Program-made: the position numbers and the translations under genes | Assembly (NCBI GenBank): GCA_013239625.1 | Contig: MU053934.1 | Span: forward strand, 1,457,285-1,521,284 | Direction of reading: 5' to 3' | DNA length: 64,000 nt | Source: Lama guanicoe | Lineage: Eukaryota | The notes under the pieces: model-generated | Told to the model about the DNA's origin: nothing | What the model saw: only the letters and a program-made list of their open reading frames with translations | Database searches by the model: none | Shown: one piece after another, positions 26,740 through 38,520 of the stretch | How positions within the stretch are numbered: position 1 is the stretch's first letter | Layout: every line of letters starts with the position of its first letter

Positions 26740-26995
26740 GCCCTGTGCCATGCAAGGTGAGCGATAGTGCTAACACACTCAGAGCTCTAGCTAAGAACCT
26801 GACGCATACTCTTCCACTGAAGCTTCACAACAACCCCCAGGAAGTAGGTATTATTATTATTAGCCCCAGTTTACAGATAAGAAACGGAGGCACAGAGAGG
26901 TAAATTAACTCACCCAAGGTCACACAGTCAAGTGACAGAGCCAAGGTTGGAACCCAGGAAGTCTGGCGCCAGCATCCAGCACATAATCACTCATT
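26740..26995 (-). mobile_element. MIR SINE
   Basis: ccccagtttacagataagaaacggaggcacagagaggtaaattaactcacccaaggtcacacag. Confidence 0.8.
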
Positions 26996-28677
26996 AAACA
27001 GCTTGTATCTCGTGGAGATGAGGAAGACAGAGTCTCTGCTCCCAGAGAGTGGGCCATATACATGAAATAAAGTGAGGGCTCCACACATCCCTCTTTAATT
27101 AATTAATTATGAACTCATTGCATTTGTGGGGAGGGGAGCCACTCTGGGCCCCAGAAGCTGAACTTACTCTGCCTCTTTTCTAGGGTCAGCACAGATTTCA
27201 TTTAACCTGAAAGGTCCTTGAAGCCATAATTTCAGCTTTTGTCAATTCAGGGGAAATCAGTGGAAGGGCAGCCTAACCTAAGATATTTTCCTTCCAAGAC
27301 TGGTGGGGGAAGAGGTGAAGGGCAGGGCGGTAGGCAGAAGGGTGACTGTCGATTATATTTGAGATTATCTTCGAAATAAGTTATAAAGTGTCACATGGAA
27401 AATGATCCTTTAAATGGAACCCAGTGCTCCTTCCCGTGGCCAGTTTTCTCCCCTCCATCCGAGAAGTGTTCTCGCCCTGCTGTTTCTCCTCCCACTTCTG
27501 AGCAGCATGCAGGCACATTTTGGAGGAGTCAAGAATTAAATCAAAATTACATTTCTCTCGCTGTCTCTTGGACAAGTGAAACGGTTCACTTTTATTGGCT
27601 CCTAGAGGCTCAGGGGGCCAAGGGAGGGTTAATAATAATAATACTGTGTATTCATAGACCGCTGCACGGCATCCTGCAGTAGCCCGTATCATTAACTGGT
27701 AACTGAGCTCTCAGCCCTAAGACATGGGCTGGAATGAAGCCCCAGAGGCTATTAAGAACCAAAATATGTGTCTAAAAATGGCTAGATCCAAGGGTTAGTG
27801 CTGTGTAAGAGCAGCCAGCATTTCCTCAGCCCCCACCCTCCAGGCAAGGCCTTCCTCCTGTCTGAAGATCTCAGTGCCTTCACCCCTAAAACGGGCTTGA
27901 CAAGGGGAAAGACAGTTAGGGATGCTTTCTGCTGCTCGTAACAGGACATCTGGCTAACACAAACAAACAAGGGGCTGCCAGAATCTATTCGTTAGCTCAA
28001 TGATGTCAGGGCAGTGTCTCTACGAGTCTCTTGTCCTTTCCCTCATGGTTATAAAATGGCTGCTACAGCTCCAGGCATCGTGCCCATATTCCAGGAAGGA
28101 TGAAAGCCAGAGGAGAGTAAAGACAACTCTACCTATCCCTTTTACCAGTAAAGCAAAAGCTTTCTCAGAAGCCCCACCTCGCCCCCAGCAAATTTCCACT
28201 TATATCTCATTGGCTAAAATAGAATCACATTAAAACACCTAGCTAGTCAGCACTAGTCAGTACTGTCGACTGACTAAGCGAGGGAGAAAATGTTAGGAGT
28301 GAGTTCTGGCTTAGCTGGCTAGCAGTGGGGAGTAGTGGAAAGAGCACTGACCCAGGAGTGCTCTTCTACCATCTGGGTCTGTGGTCTCAGTTTCCTTGCC
28401 TGTAAAATGGGAAGCATTGAACCAGATGATCTATAGCCCTGACACTGAGTCAGTTTATGACTTCTACAGAAGCACCTGAGGCTGACACACAAAGAGGCAA
28501 CAGACTATAATCCCCTGCTCCTTACTCTAAGCTGGAATAAAGGAATTACAGCCATGGCGTAATCAGAGGGACTGGAGGGTCAGGGCTCCTGTGTTCCCTT
28601 TCCTTGTTCATGCTGCCAACTTCCTAAGGGTTTGAGTGTGCCCAGTATAGTCTTCCAATCAAAAGTCACGTAACCTG

Positions 28678-28817
28678 GGAGGAGGGTATAGCTCAGTGAT
28701 AGAGCGCATGCCCAGCATGCATGAGGCCCTGGGTTCAATCCCCAGACCTCCATCATAAATAAATAAATACATAAGCAAACAAACGAACAAACAAACCTAA
28801 CCACCCACCTTCAAAAG
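28678..28817 (+). mobile_element. tRNA-Ala-derived SINE (Vic-1-like)
   Basis: Full head and tail; TSD aaagtca(c/t)gtaacctg on both sides. Confidence 0.9.
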
Positions 28818-29002
28818 AAAGTCATGTAACCTGAAATAATAGCAATAATAATAATGTCAAACATTGAATGAAACTTTACTATGCACTGGACACTATGCTA
28901 AGAGCTTCACCTGCATTATCTTATCAAATTCTATCAATCCCATAATGCAGGTGTTATTGATATACCCATTCAATAGATGAGTAAACTGAGGCTCCAAGTC
29001 AC

Positions 29003-29116
29003 ATCCTTGCCTAACATCACACAGCTATGGAGTGGAGGAGCTGGGGTTCAGACCCAGGGATCCTTGCCCAACATCACACAGCTATGAAGTGGAGGAGCTG
29101 GGGTTCAGACCCAGGG
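29003..29116. repeat. 57-bp tandem duplication inside a MIR
   Basis: atccttgcc(t/c)aacatcacacagctatg(g/a)agtggaggagctggggttcagacccaggg occurs twice, with 2 mismatches. Confidence 0.92.
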
Positions 29117-32100
29117 AGTTGCATCTAGAGCCCAGGTTCTTAACACAACCTAACATTTATCCTCCACCCATCTATTATCCTGTTTATCCTCGTTTCTATG
29201 GCAACCCTATGGGGGATGAATTGTCCACATCTTCTACAAATAAGAAAAGTGAGTCTCTGAGACATTACATGATGGACCTAGAGTGACCAGCTGTTCCCAA
29301 CATTAAGTGCTGGAGGTCAAATAGGACCAGAGCACCAGCCCTGAGCCACATTCTCACCACGATGCCATGCTGTGTGGGAGTGTGTCCCGGCCAGAGGCTC
29401 AGGAGGCTCCTTGCCTTTGGATCTGTCCTATGTAAGCCCTGCCAGAAAGCCAATTAACGCTGACCCTGCTTGGCCAGGAATTTGCAAACTCCTGCTAATT
29501 CTGGAATTTGCATTATTGGTAATAGCCCAGGGAGGCGCATCCTTAGCAGGTTCGCTCCCCTGGGGGAAACCAAGGGCACTGGAAGAGCTGTGTTGTGACC
29601 CGAGGATGACTAACACCACAGCTTAACTGCCACCTCGGCCTGGCTTTCCTGGGGCTCAGGGTGGGTGGTGATGGGGTATGGGAAGGGAGACTTTGAGCCC
29701 CACAGCCCCCTACGCTGACTCTCAGCTCCTACAGGAGCAGGTGGCAAATCAGATGCCTTCCCAGAAGATAAAACCCCAGCACGCTGGTCTGAGGGATTCT
29801 GGAAGCCTGACACGTTGGGCCACAATTTACAACTATGCCAAACACAGTGGCCCTGCCAGCCTCCCCTTAAATCCCATAGCAAACCCACATCCCAGCCATA
29901 TTCAGCTGCGAGGCAGAGGGGATGGGGGCACGTCTTGTGAGGGTGCATATCATGGAGATGCCTTCAGGAGTCAAGAGGAAGCTCAGGGGCCCTGCTGCTC
30001 CATGTCAACACCTCCACCTTCTTCAGTTCACACATCCCCTTTACTATGGCAAGAGGGGACCCCAGAATAAGGTGGGCTCCTGGTAGGACTCCTACCTCCC
30101 TCTCTTTGGCCCAATACTCACCACCTCAAGATTGCCAACTGTCTAGAGACCCCCACGGGGCCATTCCCATCATGGCCTTTATCTCCACTTGCATCAGTCC
30201 TCAAGCAGTCCAGGACCCCAGGGGCACCCTCATCCTCTGGACTCACCCTCATTCGGTTCCACAAGAGAGGCGCTACTACCCCAAGAGCCCCCTCCCCTGC
30301 TTTTTTTCCCCACAGCCTTCATCCCCATCTGAAATTCTCTCTGTTTTATTTACTGATTTGCCCATCTTCTGCCTCCTACATCGTGAACGTAAGCTCTGTG
30401 CGGGCAGGGATATCACCGCCTTAGCCCCCGTATCTTGAAGGGTCCTGATACACAGTCAGACCCCAACAGATAGTGTAAAGCAAATGAGTAAGGGTGAACA
30501 AGCACAGGAAAGGATGCCTAACTAAAAGGAGCTCACAGAATCGTGTTTTACATCACAAGAACTGAGGGCCAAATCGCTTGCGGGTGGGATAAATCAGCAG
30601 CTTTATGACATAAGGGACCCAGCTAGTTTCTCTGTGGTTCTGCTGGCTTTTCCATCATGCTTACAAAACAGCTGCCCCAGCTCAGAGCATCACATCTTCA
30701 TGCAACAATGTCCAAACTCAGGAAGGAGCAAGTGTCTACCCGCTGCCCCTTTTTAAGGATGAAGGACAATGTCCCCCAGCAGCCTCACTGGGCAATTTGC
30801 ATCACCTGACTATGCCTCAACCTATCGCTGGCCAGGAGAACGGGATGCTGTTTACAGTTTGCACCAATCAGCATTCAGTGCCCCCTGCCGACTGGGGAGG
30901 AGCCCATGGAGAACCTGGGCACTCCTTACCTGAATGAAGCCTGAATGCTGTAAGAAGAAAGGAGGTGGGACGGAAATGACTATCGCGAAGGCTGTGCTCG
31001 GCGCCTGCCATGGATGCTTCAAATTTTAAATGTAATTTTCCTCTTTAATTATGATTTGCTCATGGGCAGCACACTTTATTGTTCCCCAGTGCTTTACTGC
31101 CTCTCAGTCTGCTTTACCCCTCACAAAGCCCTCAGGATGTAGGCATGGCAGATGGTGTTGGCAATTTACAGAGCAGAAGACTGACAAGTAAAGAAACTAA
31201 CATCTCCAAGGCGTGGCAAAATCGGAACTGAGTGCCACGGGAGTCTGACACCCAAGTGAAGAAGGCTCTTTCCATGGTGTCACGGTGTCTTCCGGACGAG
31301 GGTTACATTGTATGGAAAGCTCCTTTCTTTGGGAGAAACTCAAATCAATCAATCAATGTCTCTCTCTCTTCCATATATGTATATGCATATTTGTAATATC
31401 ATTACTTTCATTCCATGTAGCCCCTGTAAAACTTGAGTGTTTTACAGACCCAGTGTTACATATGACCCAGGAATATGTTCCAAACCAATAATCTCTACAC
31501 TATGAATTTTTTTTCTTTTGAAAAGCAACTTAAATCCTTACTTATAGCGTCTCACAGAACTTCTAAAGAGGGAAAGTCTATTTGTAACACACAACAAACA
31601 TCTCACAACTCCCCTTTCCTCAACTCGCTCAATAACTCCCATGAATCTTCCCCCCAAATCCTCTCCTCCCTTTTTCCAAACTGCCCCAAACTCTTCCCCC
31701 AGTCTCAGTCCATTTTGACTCTTACTTTCTTCCATCTTCTCACACCTCTCAGATGTTACTCTCCTGGCTTCGAACTGTATCTCTCTGCACTTCCTTCTGT
31801 TTCCAACATTAATCACCCCAGCCAGCCTGAGTGTTTCTGCCCAGACCCACTACCTCAGCCCTGCACAAGGGCCCAGGAATCAGCCTGACAAAGGCAGAAT
31901 CCCCCTCGGCAGCCGGGGGAGGGAGGAGGATGTGCCGGCTCACCCGGTACTATTCCCCGCTCCCCCCTCCACTGTCCCAGTCACAAGTCAGAAGTTCAAA
32001 GAGCTTCTGACACCAGTACCACCTCTAGGAGCACCTGGGGAAGAAAGACATGGTGAACAAGAAAACAATCTTCCCTCGTATTCATGGTGCCTTTTCATGA

Positions 32101-32659
32101 CCTAAAAAGCAGGTTCCCTTTAGAATAACTCATCCAATCCCTACAGCAAGACTTTGAAGTGACTGTTACGATCATCCCCATTTTCCGGATGAGGAGATTA
32201 AGAATCAGAGAAATAGAGTAGTTTGCCAAAGGACAGAGCCAGAAGGAGATCTAGAAGGTTGTGGCACAGGGCTATTGCGTGAATGAACGTGGGCTTGGAT
32301 GTGCGGATAGATGGATGAGTGGATGGTAAGTGAATGGCTCCAAGACCCACATGTGTTTCACCACATCCCATTGACCCCAAGACAAATGCTGCTTCTGGAA
32401 ACTTCTACAAAGATCTCTCCTCCGAATTTCCTTCTCACATAACTGCTCTCCTTGCTGAGATGGCTGAACTGGACTGGAATTCCAGAAGACATTCTGATAG
32501 TGGCCCTAGATTCATTCAGTAGCCCCACAACTGGGTCCCACCCGGGCCCCCATCCCTAAAGCCCCCCTCTCCCCACGACAAAGGCCATTTAGCAACCCTG
32601 CTCTTGCTGTGGGTCAGACACAGAGTGAGGACTGAGCCTCAGCAAGACAGATTTAAGCA

Positions 32660-34130
32660 CTTGCCACTCAAAGTGGGGTCCCCAGAGCAGCAGCATCACC
32701 TGGAGATGATTAGAAGTGCAGAATCCCAGGCCCCACCCTAGATGGACTGAATCCAAATCTGCATTTTAACAAAATGCCAAGGAGTGTGCCCAGTATAGAG
32801 TCTTCCAATCAAAAGTCATGTAACCTGGGGGGAGGGTATAGCTCAGTGATAGAGCGCTTGCTTTCTGCTTTGCAATTTTCATCATGCCTTACAGGCCCAA
32901 GAAGGCTGCAACACTTCCAGGCATCATGCATCATATCCAGCAAAAAAGAAGTATCATGTACTTTTTTTCAGCTTTTCTGCACAACAAGCAACAGGCTTCC
33001 ATTCAGTTCCCTGGGCCAAGATTGGCTCATACACCTATGTCTGAACTATTCACCAGTTTGACCAATCATGATCTCCTCACTGGAAGAATGCAGTTCCTCT
33101 GAACAGGGAAATAAGGTAGGGGAAGCTATTGGCTCATCAATCAACAGTATCTGCTACAGACCTGCTTCCCGGTGTGGGCCTTCCTCCCACTGCCTGGTGC
33201 AGTGAAACACCACCCAAGCTGATGGCCACACTCCCAATATCCCCGTTCTGCCCATAGCTCTGGTTCTCAAATGCCCCTGCATCTGGGAATATCTTGGAGA
33301 ATTATTTTTTAAATCCTGATGTCTGGGTCTCCATCCCAGAGATTCTGATATTAATTGATCCAGGGTGAAGCCTGAGCCTGGGGATTATTTAAATCTCCGA
33401 AGACAAGCTAACGTCTGAAAACCACTTGTCTATTTCAGTGGTTCTCAACCATTAAGATGTATAAGTATCATGCCCAGGGTTTCTAATTGAGCAGGGCTGG
33501 CATGGAGCTGGAAGGTTTGCATTTCTAAAAGTTCCCAAGGGATGCCAAGGGGGCTGATCCAGGGACCACACTTAGAACTCCTGGTCAGAATTAGTGTTTT
33601 TTGAACTTCATTGTGCATAGAAATCACTGGGAGAACCTGCTAAAAGGTAGATGCAGCTCCAGTAGGTCTGGAACGGGGCCTGGAGTCTGCATGTTCAACA
33701 AGATCCCAGGTGATGCAGCCCAAACTACATAGCAGGGTCTAGAACAGGGATCAGCAAACTAGGATCCGTGGGCCAGACTCAGCTCACTGCCTGTTTTTGT
33801 AAATAAAGTTTTATTAGAACACCACCTTACTCGTTTAGTTACACACTGGCTATGGCTGTTTCTGCAGCAGCAGCAGAGTGGAGCGGTTGCAAGAGAAACC
33901 ACATGGCTTGCAAAGCTGAAAAAATTTACTATCTGGTCTTTTACCAGAAAAGTTTGCGGACCCCTGGGTCTAGAATGATGGCTGGTTCTCAAACTTGGCT
34001 GTACATTGGAATCCGCTGAAAAGTTTCAAAAGCTACCAAATCCTATTTCTGGAGATTTTAATGTAACTAGGGTTCAGCCTGGGCCTCCAGGTTTTTACAA
34101 ACTTCCCAAATGATTCTATTGCACATTTGA
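32660..34130. mobile_element. Cluster of MER5-family hAT-Charlie MITE fragments
   Basis: Repeated MER5 motifs: cagaatcccaggccccacc...ctgaatccaaatctgcattttaacaa, cagtggttctcaa, tctgcatgttcaacaagatcccaggtgat, tggttctcaaacttggctgtacattggaatc. Confidence 0.75.
33745..33966. mobile_element. MER58A-like hAT MITE
   Basis: TIRs cagggatcagcaaact and agtttgcggacccctg; gtctagaa on both sides (33737-33744, 33968-33975); ctgcctgtttttgtaaataaagttttatt core. Confidence 0.85.
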
Positions 34131-35437
34131 GAAAGGCAGGTCTGCCGGACGTCCTCCCAGCCCTGCAGCTGTGCCCTCACCCTCTGACATCCTTCACTTT
34201 AGCTGGACTCTACTTCGGGAGAACCAGGCTTTTGCTTTTATCAGCTGCCTTAGTCCAACAAGACAGCCAGCTGGGTCCTGAGTGGGGCCCCTCCCCAGGG
34301 GAGAATTTTAGAGGAGGTTCTGCTCCTTCAGATAGATCAGGTTTTGCACACTCATTTGCAATAAATAAACGGACAGTCCCACTCCTTCCTAGCTAAACTT
34401 CATTAAATTTACAGAAAAGTCTATCTTTGCCCCCAGCCCACTGAGAGAGTTGCCATTGTCAGAACTGAGTCACGACGCAAAGACACACATCAGATGTGCT
34501 CCTGAAAACATGTGAATTGTCCTTCCTCGAAATAAGGAAAAGAAAGAGAATTATTGGTAACAGGAAGTGAGTTTTCAGGTTTTCATTTCCAAACTCAGTG
34601 TATATAGGCCCTTGGCAACAGGCTCCCCAGGAGTCTGCTGTTCATAACACTTGCATAGTCCTTTAGAAAACCCCAGATTTAGAAGAAGAACTGTTTAAAA
34701 AAAAAATCAAATGGGCACTGCTGACGAGGCAAAAAATAAAAACAACCCTGCTATGTCAGTCTACATTTGCTCAGACTCATAAAATATACAACATAGTGTT
34801 CACTATGGGCTTTGGGTGATTATGATATATCAGGTTAGGTCCATCAATTGTCAGAAATTGTGGTGGAGGGAGGTTGATCACGGGGGAGGCTATGCATGTG
34901 TGGAGATGGGGTAAATGTACCTCTGCACCTTCCCTCAACTTTTTTGGGATCCTAGAACTGCTCTAGTAAGTCAATAAACAGTCCCGCCACTTCTCAGCAC
35001 ACTCTGGAGCTGGAGGGCTTTGAGAGGTCATGGAGAGGGGAGTTTTTTTTTGTTTTTGGGGGGTTTTTTTGAGAGTTCCTTTGCCCCTTATCACAGTTGC
35101 CTTCTGGAAGATGTTTCCACTCCATCCAACCATAAGAGCCTTAGCCTTGGTGCTCCTGGCCACAGGTGACCAGCTCCAGAGGAAGCCCTGACCAGGCCAG
35201 TAGTAGGACTCCACCACCCTGGCCTCAGGAGACTGGCCTGGAGCTTGGCTTCTGACTCACACTGAGCCAGTCTGACCCCTTCCCTGGGATACCTCAGTCC
35301 CTCTCTGGTGGTGAAGGTGAGTGAGGAGAGTCACCATCCTATTTCCCAGCCTGGGGACAAAACCAGCCAGAAAGAATCAAGCCTACATCCAAGTAAGACC
35401 AAGATGGGGTGCGGAAGGAGCTTCTGCACCATTCCTT

Positions 35438-35590
35438 GGGAGGAGGGTACAGCTCAGTGGTAGAGCGCATGCTCAGCATGCACGAGGTCTTGGGTTCAAT
35501 CCTCAGTACCTCCACTAAATACATAAATACATAAATATATAAATAAATAAACCAAATTACCTCCCCCCCAATAAAAGAGTTTAAAAAAAA
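35438..35590 (+). mobile_element. tRNA-Ala-derived SINE (Vic-1-like), first of a tandem pair
   Basis: Complete head agctcagtggtagagcgcatgctcagcatgcacgaggtcttgggttcaatcc plus tail. Confidence 0.9.
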
Positions 35591-35607
35591 GACCCCATTT
35601 CTGAAGT

Positions 35608-35736
35608 GGGTAAGGGTTTAGCTCAGTGGTAGAGCGCATGCTTAGCAGTACCTCCATCTAAAAAATAAAAAATAAAATAAATAAATAAACCTAATTACTT
35701 ACCCCACTCTTTCAAAAAAAGAAAGAAAAGAAGAAG
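35608..35736 (+). mobile_element. tRNA-Ala-derived SINE with internal deletion, second of the pair
   Basis: agctcagtggtagagcgcatgcttagca is joined directly to gtacctcc, so the B-box segment is missing. Confidence 0.85.
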
Positions 35737-37547
35737 CCCATTCCTACCATTCCTACTGTCCCCAAAGCACAACTATGCTCTTCCCCTCCCCTGCCCCAGT
35801 CATCTGAGCCAAACCATCCCCTGCTTTGCTCAAACTAGTTTTAATTTCATTTTGGTGACATGAGCTGGCTACTGTAAGAAAAACGCTGCAAGGCAACACT
35901 TGTCTGAGAGGGGCTGCTGTGAACCCAGCTTCCTCAGCTGGACCCAAGGTGCAGCACCTCTTAGGTGGGGCTCAGAAGAAAAAAAAATAAGGAACGTGAG
36001 GTTTTCTGCTTTGACACTGCAGGAAGAAAGGCCGTGTAGAAGTTGTGTTTCTACAGCACATTAGCTCCAAACCTCAGGGCCTTAAAACAAGCACTCTTCA
36101 CACACAAGGTGTAATGGTATCATACTACTGAGATGGACTGAGTCTTCGTTCCAATTCTTCACTCCCTCTCTGTAATAGAAATGCACGCCCTTTGCCATGT
36201 GATTCACCGGTGCCTCCCACAAGCGTATATTTCTCCGACTCCACTGATGATGTTGATGACTTGTGGCCAATGAAATGTGAGCAGACTGAAGTGGGTGGAG
36301 ACTGTAAATGTACCTGCATGGTTTGGCTTGGCTTCTTGTGCTCTGTCATTGTCCTGAGAAAGAGGATGCCCTGGGTGGATGCTGGTTTCAGAATAGAGAT
36401 GTGTGGAGCAGACCTGAACCTAGAGCCAAGCCCAACCCAGCCCAGAAGAAACCAGCAGAATCACAGCTGACCCACAGGACCATGACAGAGAAGCCAATGA
36501 TCATTGCTGCATGCCAGTGATTTGGGGTTGTATGTTACTCAGCATTATTCTAGCAGGCACCTACCTGACTGATAGAGAAAGTAACTGATGTACTCACTAT
36601 ACAGTAGGCACTGTTAATCCTCGCAATAACCCTATGAAATAGATACCATCACCCCCCTTTTACAGCTAAGGCAAGAAAGCTCATAGACATTATTTCCTGA
36701 CTTAACATCACAGATAATAAAAAAAAAACAGATTTTGATACCAACTGACTCATTACATTGTGATGCACAGTCCTCTTACAATGCATGTGCATTTTTTTCC
36801 ATTTGAGTTAGAAAAAACATGTTAAAGGTCCCAGCCCTGAATTGCTGGATGCCTGTTATCCTCAGTTCCACTCCGAATCAGTACAGTGGTGGCTGCAGAC
36901 ATCAGTCAGAGGGAGAGAAAATTCCTTCTACCCCTGCCAGGCTGAGGGAAGAGGCCTGATGTGCAGGTTCAATGTGTGGAAAAGGTCATACGAATCCCCT
37001 ATTGGCATGCAGTATTGCTCCAGCAGATAAGTGCTATTCCTGCCTAAGTGCTATTCCTCCCTCCTCCCTTGCTAATAAAACATCAGTTTCATTCAGGTGA
37101 CAAAGTGCCCAGCTCAGGAGATAAATCATGACTGATTGGTCCAAATTAGTCGTGCAGTCTTATTTCCCTTTGCCAGGTACTAGGTCCAAGAATGGGCATT
37201 CAACCCAGTTCCAGGAAATAAGATGCTCAGGGAAGTCAACCAGATGCTTCTGGGAAACCTCTTTCTCTCTGGTTAGGGAGACACCCTCTCCCTGACTGTC
37301 TGGTCACAGCAGTGAGTGTGGGATACTCGGAGCTGAGGCAACCATATTGCTATCACGATAAAAGACATTCCCCAACACACAAGAGTGCTTAACAGAGAAG
37401 AAAGATAGGAAGATCTGGGTCCCTGATGACACCACTCAGTTGTTGAAAGCCTTGTAACTACCTAATTTCCTGTTAGGCAAACCATTAATCTCCTTATGCT
37501 TTAAGTCACTGGTAGTTGGGTTTCAATCAGTAGCAGCCAAACACATC

Positions 37548-38520
37548 TGTATTAGTTATCTATTGCTGCACAAACTTGGCCACTTAAAACAACAGGCATG
37601 ACTATATACAACAGCCAAGACACGGAAACAACCTAACAGTCCATCAAAAGATGACTGGATTAAAAAGTTGTGGTATGTTTACACAATGGAATACTACTCA
37701 GCCATAAAAAAGAATAAAATAATGCCATTTGCAGCAACATGGATGAACCTAGAGATCACCGTTCTAGGTGAAGTAAACCAGAAAGAGAAAGAGAAATATC
37801 ATATGATATCATTCACATGTGGAATCTAAGAAAAAGAGAAAAAGAGGACACTAATGAACTCACCTACAAAACAGAAACAGACTCACAGACGTAGTAAACA
37901 ATCTTATGGTTACCAGGGGAAAGGGGGTGGGAAGGGATAGATTTGGGAGTTTTGAGATTTGCAAATGTTAGCCACTATATATAAAAACAGATTTTTTAAA
38001 AATTTCTTCTGTATAGCATAGGTATTCAGTATCTTGTACCATAGCCTTTAATGAAAAAGAATATGAAAATGAATATACGTATGTATATGCATGATTGGGA
38101 CATTGTGCTGTGCACCAGAAACTGACACATTGTAACTGACTGTACTTCAATTAAAAATAAATAAATAAATAAACAACACACATGAATTATCTCAGTTTCT
38201 AGAGGCCAGGGATCTGGGCACAACATAGTTGGGTCTTATGCTTCGGAGACCCTTAAGAGGCTGCAGACGAGGTGTCTGCTGGGCCTGGAGTCTCCTCTGA
38301 AAGGACTCTGGTTGTGACAGGACTTGGATCCCTGCTGGCTGTGGGCTGGGAGCCACCCTCAGTTCCCTGCCACGTGGACCTCTCCAGAGGGCAGCTCACA
38401 ACACAGCAGCCGGCCTCGTCAAAGCCAGCAAGAGAGAGAGTGCCGCGAGTCCAACGGAAGTCAGCATCTTCCATAATCTAGTCACAGATGTCTGCAGCTT
38501 CACCATATTCAAGCAAGTCC
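37548..38520 (-). mobile_element. MaLR LTR (MLT1-type) split by an L1 insertion
   Basis: tgtattagttatctattgctgc...cttaaaacaaca before the L1, and ttatctcagtttctagaggccagggatctgggca...ctccagagggcagctcacaaca after it. Confidence 0.7.
37602..38170 (+). mobile_element. Recent L1 3' end (camelid/artiodactyl type)
   Basis: ORF2 C-terminal remnant plus 3' UTR and (TAAA)n tail; imperfect TSD aaacaacaggcatga / aaacaacacacatga. Confidence 0.88.

Noticed and set aside
29003..29116. CRISPR-like repeat array
   Set aside because: Eukaryotic DNA; only two adjacent units with no spacers.
31424..31447. 9-bp perfect hairpin ctgtaaaac-ttgagt-gttttacag
   Set aside because: A stem this short is expected by chance in 64 kb, and no larger structure supports it.
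35438..35515. tRNA-Ala gene (and similar copies elsewhere)
   Set aside because: Followed by the SINE tail and flanked by target duplications, with stem mismatches and no oligo-T terminator; these are SINEs.
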